DNA of 64,000 nucleotides from a virus (lineage: Duplodnaviria; Caudoviricetes): IMG/VR virus record IMGVR_UViG_2562617114_000001, positions 13,082 through 77,081 of that record, one strand, 5' to 3'. Position 1 is the first letter of the stretch, and each line of letters begins with the position of its first letter. This document shows, in pieces, positions 56,788 through 64,000 of the stretch. The position numbers were made by a program, and so were the translations under genes. The notes under the pieces are model-generated. The model was given only the letters and a program-made list of their open reading frames with translations. It was not told where the DNA came from and made no database searches.

Positions 56788-56906
56788 CGTGCTGCGTTCT
56801 CGCGACCCGTGGCCTGGGGCGTTGCGGCGAACGCTTGCTCTCGGCGTGATCCACCGCGCCGAGGGCGCTTCTTTCCCAGCATTTCAACATCTCAAGGAGT
56901 AATTCC

Positions 56907-57236
56907 ATGGCCCTCTCTGGCTGCCACATCGTATGCGCTTACGCAGGCTCTCTCGCGCCGCAGGAGCGGGGCGTCGCCATTCTCGGTCGACCACTCTGGT
57001 CTGAAACTCTGACGGCCGGCGGCTCCGCCAGTGCCAAGGCAGCTCCGGGCGCTGATCCGTACGGCAAGCGCGGCCAGGCGGTCATTCATTATCGCGCAGT
57101 GGTCGACGGCTACCTCATCATCGACAAGGCTCCGAGTGCCGGAAACGCCACGCAATCGCGCGTGGTGGCGCCGGCGGGGGAGATGCTTACCGTCTACGTG
57201 GACGAGGGCGACAAGGCGTTGTTTGTAGGAGCGTGA
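56907..57236 (+). CDS. Hypothetical beta-rich (possibly virion) protein
   Basis: AAGGAG SD; Ala/Gly-rich. Confidence 0.65.
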   Translation: MALSGCHIVCAYAGSLAPQERGVAILGRPLWSETLTAGGSASAKAAPGADPYGKRGQAVIHYRAVVDGYLIIDKAPSAGNATQSRVVAPAGEMLTVYVDEGDKALFVGA

Positions 57237-57237
57237 T

Positions 57238-58494
57238 ATGCAGCTGCGAAAATCACTTAGCGGGCTTGGCTCGCTCAAAGGGTTACCGTCACTCGCCGCC
57301 CACGTCTCGAAGGGCGGCGGGGGCCGAGTGCTTCGTATCGCGGCCACGCTCGGCCGTATCTCTGGCACGAACGTCGATGGCGGCAACGATGGCACCAACA
57401 CCCAGCACATCAGCCGCAACGTCCATCGGACAGGCAAGTACGCCGTATCAGGTTTAAGGCTGGTTGCTGGTAACGTGAAGCTGCCGGGAGTTTCGCCTTT
57501 TGGTGAGTTGGGCGTCGGAAACGCCGTGACCTATCAGAGCGAGATCGAGCTTGCGGGCGTCAACACCGTCGCCAAGTGGGGCGGCGCCAACTCGCTCTCC
57601 GTGCCCGACAAGTCCATCGGTATTTCCGACCCGATTATGGACCTGCCGGCCGGGCAGGTGTTCTACACGCGCCACTGGACAGCTGTTGCCGACGCGACCA
57701 AGAATTGGCCCCGTGCACAGTCCATCAGTGCAAATGGGCAGCGCGCCATCAAGGGAACCGATCTATCCTCGTATTTCAGCGGGACGGGCACGCTTGTCGG
57801 CGGCACGACAGACGCTCCACACCCGCCGCTCGCTCTGCTCGGCATGGTCCCGCGAGATTCCGTCGCGGTCGCCTACACCGGCACGAGCATCGAGGATGGC
57901 AACGGCGACCTCACTACTCTCTCTCCTGACGGTGCCGTGGCGTATATCGGCCGGGGTCTTGAGAACGTCAACGGGTTCAACCTGCCTTCGTGCAAGATGT
58001 CGCGCGGCGGCGAAAACCTGCAAGGGCTGGCCGATCCAGTCAGCGGCGCCATCCGACGATCGATGCTGCAGTATGCGACCCACTTCATCTGCGGCTCGCC
58101 CACGAACGACATGCTGGTTTCGCTCGCAAGAACGATCGCTGCCATCCAGCAGGACTTCATGACGGTGTGGATGGACGCCTGGTCGAAGGGAGTGCAGGAA
58201 ATCTGGCAGGTCAACATCATTCCTCGGACCAACAGCAGCAACGTCCCGCTGACCAACTACGAGGCAAATGGAACGTCTCATCGTGATGTTCTGAACAATT
58301 GGTTCGTCAACGAGTGCGTCAATAACGGCTGGATCACCGGCGTCATCAACTTTGCTGCCGACTGCGAAGATCCCGTAACGCGTGGAACGTGGAAGGCGGG
58401 CTTTACGAGTGACTGGACTCACCCGCTGGACCAGGCTCACACGCTTGGCGCCGCCCGCGTGAACGCCATAGCTTCCAACTGGACCGCGCACTAA
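57238..58494 (+). CDS. SGNH/GDSL hydrolase with N-terminal beta domain
   Basis: YTGTSIEDG (block I), GSPTND (block III), DWTHP (block V). Confidence 0.7.
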   Translation: MQLRKSLSGLGSLKGLPSLAAHVSKGGGGRVLRIAATLGRISGTNVDGGNDGTNTQHISRNVHRTGKYAVSGLRLVAGNVKLPGVSPFGELGVGNAVTYQSEIELAGVNTVAKWGGANSLSVPDKSIGISDPIMDLPAGQVFYTRHWTAVADATKNWPRAQSISANGQRAIKGTDLSSYFSGTGTLVGGTTDAPHPPLALLGMVPRDSVAVAYTGTSIEDGNGDLTTLSPDGAVAYIGRGLENVNGFNLPSCKMSRGGENLQGLADPVSGAIRRSMLQYATHFICGSPTNDMLVSLARTIAAIQQDFMTVWMDAWSKGVQEIWQVNIIPRTNSSNVPLTNYEANGTSHRDVLNNWFVNECVNNGWITGVINFAADCEDPVTRGTWKAGFTSDWTHPLDQAHTLGAARVNAIASNWTAH

Positions 58495-58547
58495 CACCCC
58501 ACCGCCCCATCATCGGATGCCGCCACGATCCCCTCCAGGCGGACCTG

Positions 58548-58582
58548 AGCCCCGTAGCCTTAACCGGCTGCGGGGCTTTTTT
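58548..58582 (+). terminator. Intrinsic terminator, end of the late operon
   Basis: AGCCCCGTAGCC...GGCTGCGGGGCT followed by TTTTT. Confidence 0.75.
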
Positions 58583-59020
58583 CTATTTGCACCAGTCGTT
58601 CTTGCTACCGGGCCGCCATTCACGCGCGGTACCGTCTCTCAACAGGATCTGCCCAATCTCCCGCCCGTCCGGCAGATACAGGTTGACCAACGGGCGGTCG
58701 AAATCATCTATGCCCTTTGCCTCGATCTTGATCCGTTTGTCTCGGATGAGATCGGCCAGGTGGCGCTTGGCGATAAGAGCCAGCTTGCGCTCCTTCTCGC
58801 ATTTCGCATGGATGCCAACTTCAGGTGTGTCTATGCCCCGGACATCAACGACGCCATGTCCGAGAAGGCGCATGTTCTGGCCGTCGCATTTCACGGTATC
58901 GCCGTCCACGGCGGTCAGCGACGCGCAGATGATCATCGCCCCTATCATTCCCCCACCCTTATTTCTGTTTTCTGCCGCACCTGCATGCCGCGATACGTCT
59001 CGGGCCGATGCTCCATGCAA
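58583..59020 (-). CDS. Thermonuclease (SNase) family protein
   Basis: VDGDT, RLLG....GIDTPE, DDFDRPL. Confidence 0.85.
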   Translation of the reverse strand: MHGASARDVSRHAGAAENRNKGGGMIGAMIICASLTAVDGDTVKCDGQNMRLLGHGVVDVRGIDTPEVGIHAKCEKERKLALIAKRHLADLIRDKRIKIEAKGIDDFDRPLVNLYLPDGREIGQILLRDGTAREWRPGSKNDWCK

Positions 59021-59148
59021 AACCAGTCGGTCTTGGACTTATCGCGCTCGAACCCGAAGCCTCCCCATTTCGAGCAGCCCGGATGCTCGCACCAGTGCTC
59101 GAAATGCACCGGGGCGGCGGGATGGGTTGCTGTGCGTTCGTCGCTCAC
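58945..59148 (-). CDS. Small Cys/His protein
   Basis: HFEHWCEHPGCSKWGGFGF...WFCMEH; GGAGA SD with GTG 59148. Confidence 0.65.
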   Translation of the reverse strand: MSDERTATHPAAPVHFEHWCEHPGCSKWGGFGFERDKSKTDWFCMEHRPETYRGMQVRQKTEIRVGE

Positions 59149-59215
59149 GTCATTTTCTCCAACATTTCCATAGGTCAGCATAACAGCGTCACCTGTGGTG
59201 AGGCTTTTCACTGGC

Positions 59216-59683
59216 TTACCATTCTCGCTCGTCTTCATACCGACAGTTCGAGATGCCATGTGCGCTGCCAGCATCTCCGAAACCGCCGCCTTGATGCTCG
59301 TTCTGAGATATGATGAGGGCCCGTTTTGTCACGGTGAATTTTCTGAGCAACGCGCGGGTGATGTCGCGGGCCGCCTCGCTGCGGGCGACGTCCCATTCAG
59401 CCTTGCTCGTCCAGCGCCTGGCGTCGTCGTCGTCAATGTCGAAGAGTGCCGTAAAGACGGTCAGGTAGACGTCGCTGAAGCCCGCGGGCTCGCCGTTCCC
59501 GATATCCCAGAAGAAGGAAAAAGGATCGAAGGTGCGATCCATGATTTTGCGCGCTATCGCGTGAATGTCGCCGGCGTGCCTCCTTTGCGAGCGCCCGGTT
59601 CCTGCGAAGGCATTGAGGTAGGGGCGATCGATGCAGGCTATACGATGGGCGATGGCGGATCTTAGTTCTCTGGCGATATCCAT
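59216..59683 (-). CDS. Hypothetical protein
   Basis: GAGG SD before ATG 59683. Confidence 0.5.
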   Translation of the reverse strand: MDIARELRSAIAHRIACIDRPYLNAFAGTGRSQRRHAGDIHAIARKIMDRTFDPFSFFWDIGNGEPAGFSDVYLTVFTALFDIDDDDARRWTSKAEWDVARSEAARDITRALLRKFTVTKRALIISQNEHQGGGFGDAGSAHGISNCRYEDEREW

Positions 59684-59787
59684 GGCGGTGACCTCGTATT
59701 GATAATGAGCGCCGCCGCCAAGCGCGTTCTTTAAATGTTCTGGTTTTGTGGGAGAGTCAATCACCCATGCTGAGCTGATCCACAAGG

Positions 59788-60234
59788 TCAGCGCACGTCG
59801 AAGCCGAGGACCCTGAATTGCCAGACGCCGTCTTCGAAATATTTCGTCACGCCACTGATCGGCGGGATGCCGTCGTGTCTTAGCTTCTCCTGCTGAAGCT
59901 GCAGCGCTTGGTCGGGGCTGTCGCAGTCTGGCCATCCCGCTATCGCTTGCGGGTAGACATCGTCAGGGTGCCCGCTGGGGACGCCACTCTCCCAGACTAT
60001 CAGCCCGACCCTTTCGTTTTGGTCATGTGCGACTTCGACACGGGAAACGGTTGGCCACTCAACGTCGCCCTGGCGGCCGAAGATGGGGGCGGAAAAGACT
60101 TCAAAGGCCTCTGGGCCGCCAAACTGTTCCATCAGATCGATGAGCCTTGGCGATGGCGCCATTTCTCGCTCAAGAGGCGGCCAAAAATACTGGATGTCTT
60201 CGTCCAGATCGATGACTTCTAAAATATCGACCAT
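59788..60234 (-). CDS. Hypothetical acidic protein
   Basis: GGGAGAG SD; follows SRAP. Confidence 0.55.
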   Translation of the reverse strand: MVDILEVIDLDEDIQYFWPPLEREMAPSPRLIDLMEQFGGPEAFEVFSAPIFGRQGDVEWPTVSRVEVAHDQNERVGLIVWESGVPSGHPDDVYPQAIAGWPDCDSPDQALQLQQEKLRHDGIPPISGVTKYFEDGVWQFRVLGFDVR

Positions 60235-60247
60235 CAGTTCTCTCCCG

Positions 60248-60916
60248 TCAAAGCGGGTTAATCGCCATCGCTTCCTGGAACTTCGAGCTGTTCACGTCCC
60301 GGCTGACCCGGTGGAATTGGAGCAGGTTGTCGAGATGGTGCTTGAGCAGCTCGGTGGCCTGCGGAACGGCCGTCCCGGCGGAGAGCCAGTCGTCATAATA
60401 TTCCGGGTCGAGGATAACTGGCTGCCGGCTGTGCAACTGCTTCATCGGCTCCTCCGCCTCGGCCGTCAGGATCGTGCAGCTCGTGATGCCAAGCGCCTCG
60501 TTGTGCGCCCACAGGCCGGCGAATGAGAAGGGCGCCTCACCTGGTTGAAAGATAAACCATGGATCTTTCTTCCCGTCCTCTGGCGATACGGTCCATTCGT
60601 AAAAGCCATCGGCTGGTATCAGGCAGCGGCGCATTTTGAAGGCATCGCGAAACGCGGGCGTCGTTGGCGCGGTCTCGCTCCGGGCATTGAAAAGGGTCGC
60701 CTTCGGTATCTCCTTGGCCCAATGAGGCACAAGCCACCAGCGGCCTTCATCGACCACTTGGTTGCCCTCTTTGTCGTGACGGACGAACAGCACGTTCTGG
60801 GTCGGCGCGATGTTGTATCGTGGTTCGGTGTTGCGCCCGCGGTCATTATCTAGCCTCAGGCGGTAAAGCCGATGGACTTCCGACCAAGGAAGGTGATGGG
60901 TAAAGCGGCCGCACAT
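60248..60916 (-). CDS. SOS response-associated peptidase (SRAP/YedK, abasic-site protein)
   Basis: MCGRF N-terminus; RYNIAPTQ, FNARSET, RCLIPADGFYEW, H.RQPVIL. Confidence 0.93.
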   Translation of the reverse strand: MCGRFTHHLPWSEVHRLYRLRLDNDRGRNTEPRYNIAPTQNVLFVRHDKEGNQVVDEGRWWLVPHWAKEIPKATLFNARSETAPTTPAFRDAFKMRRCLIPADGFYEWTVSPEDGKKDPWFIFQPGEAPFSFAGLWAHNEALGITSCTILTAEAEEPMKQLHSRQPVILDPEYYDDWLSAGTAVPQATELLKHHLDNLLQFHRVSRDVNSSKFQEAMAINPL

Positions 60917-60983
60917 CGGTCTCTCCTCCTGCTCGACAAACGGCGATACCGTATATTAAGCATCCTCTGATGCAATACGGGAC

Positions 60984-62039
60984 ATGTCCAAGCGCCCGCG
61001 CAAGCCTTCGAAGCCGTTGCTCATAGACGAGAACCTGCCCCTGCAGAGCCGGCGGGTTCGCCGCCGTGATCCAGAGCAGCCGCATCTTCCCTTCGATCCC
61101 ATGCCCGATCGTGTGGAACCGTGCCTGGCGTTGCTGAAGAGCAAGCCGCCCCAGGGTGACGAGTGGTCCTACGAGATCAAATGGGACGGATATCGGATCG
61201 CGGTGCATATCGAGCCCAACCGGATCCGCATCATCACCCGCGGCGGCCATGATTGGACGCATCGTTTTCCTGGAATCGCTGATGCCGCAAAGGCGCTTGG
61301 CCCCGTCACGATGATCCTCGACGGGGAGGCGGTCATGCTCGACGAGCAGGGCCGGTCGGATTTCGGTCTGCTGCAGAAGTCCTTGGGCGCTTCGGGCAAG
61401 GCGGCCGGCAAGCTGCCGTCTCGGGATTCGATCCTCTATGCCTTCGATCTCCTCTACCTCGACGGACACGATCTGCGTGGGCTGGAATACTCCGCTCGCC
61501 GGCATCTGCTCGAAGATGCTCTGGATGAGCCAGGCGGGACGATCAGGGTCTCGGAAGAGTTCAACGCCGACCCGGATGATCTTCTCGCCCACGCATGCAG
61601 GCTGGGCTTGGAAGGGATCATCGCCAAGCATCGCGACCGGCCATACCGGTCCGGCCGTACGGGCGACTGGCTGAAGATCAAGTGCATCCAGAGCGACAGC
61701 TTCGCGATCATCGGCTACGAGCCGTCAACGGCGCTTCCCGGCGCAATCGCCAGCCTTCTGCTAGGCGCCCGGTACCGCGACGGCTACAAGTACGTCGGCA
61801 GTGTCGGGACCGGCTTCAAGCATGACGAGGCTCGACGGCTGAAGAAGATGCTCGACAAAATCAAGACGAGGCTGCCGGTTGACAAGGTCCCGGGCAAAAA
61901 CCTGGTGATGACCGGGCCGATGTATGTCGCGGAAATTGAATACCGCGCATGGACGAATGACGGGAAGCTCCGCCATGCTTCGTTCAAGGGGTTGCGCGAT
62001 CCTGACGACGTCTCGGAGATTTACCGGCTCCCGGGCTGA
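60984..62039 (+). CDS. ATP-dependent DNA ligase (LigD ligase-domain type)
   Basis: YEIKWDGYR (active Lys), LDGE, FDLLYLDG, EGIIAK, WLKIK, LRHASFKGLR. Confidence 0.92.
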   Translation: MSKRPRKPSKPLLIDENLPLQSRRVRRRDPEQPHLPFDPMPDRVEPCLALLKSKPPQGDEWSYEIKWDGYRIAVHIEPNRIRIITRGGHDWTHRFPGIADAAKALGPVTMILDGEAVMLDEQGRSDFGLLQKSLGASGKAAGKLPSRDSILYAFDLLYLDGHDLRGLEYSARRHLLEDALDEPGGTIRVSEEFNADPDDLLAHACRLGLEGIIAKHRDRPYRSGRTGDWLKIKCIQSDSFAIIGYEPSTALPGAIASLLLGARYRDGYKYVGSVGTGFKHDEARRLKKMLDKIKTRLPVDKVPGKNLVMTGPMYVAEIEYRAWTNDGKLRHASFKGLRDPDDVSEIYRLPG

Positions 62040-62059
62040 AAGTTCGAGAAATCGCAGCT

Positions 62060-63349
62060 CTAAAAATGGGGTGAAGTGCCTGCCAGCCATGCGCCTGCCG
62101 ACGCTTGTCTTTTCACCCTCTGATCGTTGAGCAACCCCATCTTTCTCAGTTTAATTTCGATCATTTGCTTTGAAGCCTCAAACTCTATCGACAGCAGTGT
62201 GAGAAACTTGTAATACACCAACAAGTTATCCTGCTGATCATCTACGAAGATGAAGCCGAGGCCTCTGTATTTGATCCCGAGTTGAAGCCTGAATCTCGCC
62301 ATTGCGAAGATGAACGCTCTATCCGGCAGGATAAGATCCGCTGAAAAGGCATTCGCCTGGAACTCAAGCCGGTCATAATTTAAGGGGTTTGAAGCCTCGC
62401 TGCTTATTTCCAGGTCTCGTTCTAGAATGGTTTCTGACCGCAAATAGTTCTGATGCCGTAAGCAGAAGTGTCCAATCTCGTGACCGATCGTAAAGCGCTG
62501 TTGATTGCTGTCTTGGTGTGAGTTTATCTCAATCGTGTTGAGGTCGAAGTTCGCTGAGCCCAAAATTTGGGCGCCGTCAGCACCCCTAATCACGCTGTTT
62601 GTGAACCTCAAATCAATGCCGAGCATCAGGCAGATCTTAGCCAGATCGACTGGACCAGCCTCATATTCGATCTGTTTCAGAATTTCCTCTGTCGCTTTCT
62701 TTATATCTTCAGCAGCGATGTACGGGACAGAAACCCGTGGGCTCCCGCTAACAGATTGGGTGGCCTCGTAGCCTGGCTCGAGGCTCGCCAGGAATTCTGC
62801 AACTGTGCCGAAGTAATTGCCCTCACAATAAGCAGAGAATTTCAGCGGCTTGGCGATGCCTTCGCCCCGAAAGATCTGTGACTTCACAGAGTGGGTGTCG
62901 AGGAAAGAACGACCCTTGCGGTCGACGACGATCTCCGCTCCGCGCTCGTCATATTTCGCGATGCCCAAGCCTCTGCTTTCGGCAACGTTGCGAGCACCCG
63001 ATTGCAGCTTGGATGAAACGACCATTACGCCTTTGTGCCGGTTCGGAAATATCTCTTTGAGTTTGTCCGAAAATTCCCTGACGCGGTCTTCCGGTACGGC
63101 CCCAGCATAGTTTTTACATTCAAAGACAGCAAAGAAATGCGGTTTCTGCCGTCCTGGGTGGTATAATTCGATCACAACATCGAACTCGACGGGAGCGCCT
63201 CTGTCCCTGGAGGGGTATTTTTTCTTTCGGAGGATTTTACACTTCCCGTGCGGATATATGCCGAAGACTTCCTCCTCCCGGCTTTGCTGGTCGACAAGAT
63301 ATTTATAGAACTCATCTTCGAGCTTATCGCCCTTTTCGGTGGAATTCAC
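62060..63349 (-). CDS. Mrr-like restriction endonuclease fused to an ImmA/IrrE metallopeptidase
   Basis: N-terminal KGDKLE...FDVV...FECKNY PD-(D/E)xK; C-terminal RFTIGHEIGH and EFQANAFSADLILP; AT-rich. Confidence 0.82.
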   Translation of the reverse strand: MNSTEKGDKLEDEFYKYLVDQQSREEEVFGIYPHGKCKILRKKKYPSRDRGAPVEFDVVIELYHPGRQKPHFFAVFECKNYAGAVPEDRVREFSDKLKEIFPNRHKGVMVVSSKLQSGARNVAESRGLGIAKYDERGAEIVVDRKGRSFLDTHSVKSQIFRGEGIAKPLKFSAYCEGNYFGTVAEFLASLEPGYEATQSVSGSPRVSVPYIAAEDIKKATEEILKQIEYEAGPVDLAKICLMLGIDLRFTNSVIRGADGAQILGSANFDLNTIEINSHQDSNQQRFTIGHEIGHFCLRHQNYLRSETILERDLEISSEASNPLNYDRLEFQANAFSADLILPDRAFIFAMARFRLQLGIKYRGLGFIFVDDQQDNLLVYYKFLTLLSIEFEASKQMIEIKLRKMGLLNDQRVKRQASAGAWLAGTSPHF

Positions 63350-63499
63350 GACTCATCCTCGACGTGGCAACCGGAGGATGATCATCCAATTCTTTTCGCT
63401 TGTTGGCTATCGCAACCTCGGTGTAGTGAATTGACGACCCGATTTGCCCACTGTTAATCCGTCAGTTCGCGGTGGCAGACGGTATGTCCGCGAGGATAT

Positions 63500-63736
63500 T
63501 CACTCCAGATTCCGCTTTAGCGCCTTCAGCAGCGCGTCGAGCTCTGCGTTCGAGCCATGCGCCAGCACCAGGTTATCCGCCACCTCGATGATAGCAGTCA
63601 GCACTTCGGTCTCTTCCCATCCCGCTTTAACCGCGGCCTGTATCAGATCCTGAATCGGGATCTCGACCGCCATCTGGCAAAGGAGGTGGCGGTTCTCGTC
63701 GCCAGGCGGGACGGTTGGTGGAGGGATGTCGGTCAT
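63500..63736 (-). CDS. Small hypothetical protein
   Basis: IQDLIQAAVKAGWEETEVLTAI... Confidence 0.6.
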   Translation of the reverse strand: MTDIPPPTVPPGDENRHLLCQMAVEIPIQDLIQAAVKAGWEETEVLTAIIEVADNLVLAHGSNAELDALLKALKRNLE

Positions 63737-63757
63737 GGTATGACGCCCCGACGAGCA

Positions 63758-64000
63758 CTATTCCAGCTCGGGAATTTCTCCGCTCTGGAAGAGCACGACC
63801 GGCGGTCCATACTCACCGATGGCTGGGTCTGCGTCCCTGCTCCAGGCTACAACGCCATCATATTGGTCTGCCATCATGCGGGCGTCCCGTTTGGCTCGCT
63901 CTTCGTTGTCGACTTGGCGGGGATCAAATGCGGGGATGAGGTTACCCTCGTCATCTTTTGTGAATGCGGCCAGAACAATGAGTTTCCCCGATGTCGACAT
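63758..64000 (-). CDS. Small hypothetical protein (start at window edge)
   Basis: AFTKDDEGNLIPAFDPRQ...GVVAWSRDADP..GEYGPPVVLFQSG. Confidence 0.6.
   Translation of the reverse strand: MSTSGKLIVLAAFTKDDEGNLIPAFDPRQVDNEERAKRDARMMADQYDGVVAWSRDADPAIGEYGPPVVLFQSGEIPELE

Noticed and set aside
60945-60980. Operator half-sites (CGTAT/ATACG) in the SRAP-ligase intergenic region
   Set aside because: Spacing does not match the ATACG-N3-CGTAT palindrome, so repressor control cannot be claimed.
1-64000. Integrase, att sites, tRNA genes, IS elements
   Set aside because: No tyrosine or serine recombinase motif, tRNA cloverleaf or transposase was recognised. The element's boundaries probably lie outside the window.

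Overview
The whole window is one temperate phage or prophage, most likely from an alphaproteobacterial (rhizobial-type) host. That host call is an inference from GcrA-like, GapR-like, DUF6894-like and DUF6456-like genes and the high GC content. Layout: CI-like S24 repressor and Cro switch (0.1-1.2 kb); rightward regulation/replication operon with three accessory enzymes, primase and DnaB (1.2-8.8 kb); a ~17 kb leftward early operon (26.3 to 8.7 kb) with DnaN, a MoxR-type AAA ATPase, a VWA/metallopeptidase, a DUF3150-like protein, a methyltransferase and many small unknown ORFs; a divergent non-coding control/packaging region (26.3-27.7 kb); lambda-like head plus P2-like contractile tail genes (27.7-53.7 kb); lysis genes (53.8-56.8 kb); and an accessory end with an SGNH hydrolase, thermonuclease, SRAP, ATP-dependent ligase and a REase-ImmA fusion. 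No integrase, tRNA or CRISPR array was seen. The most striking unexplained structure is in the early operon. It carries nine highly diverged paralogues of one unannotated small-protein family, interleaved with the DUF3150/MoxR/VWA genes. About 12 copies of a covarying mini-hairpin sit just 5' of Shine-Dalgarno sites. The operon also has multiple intrinsic terminators and a ~600-nt leader preceded by a repressor-operator copy. All family names come from motif recognition by eye, not database searches.
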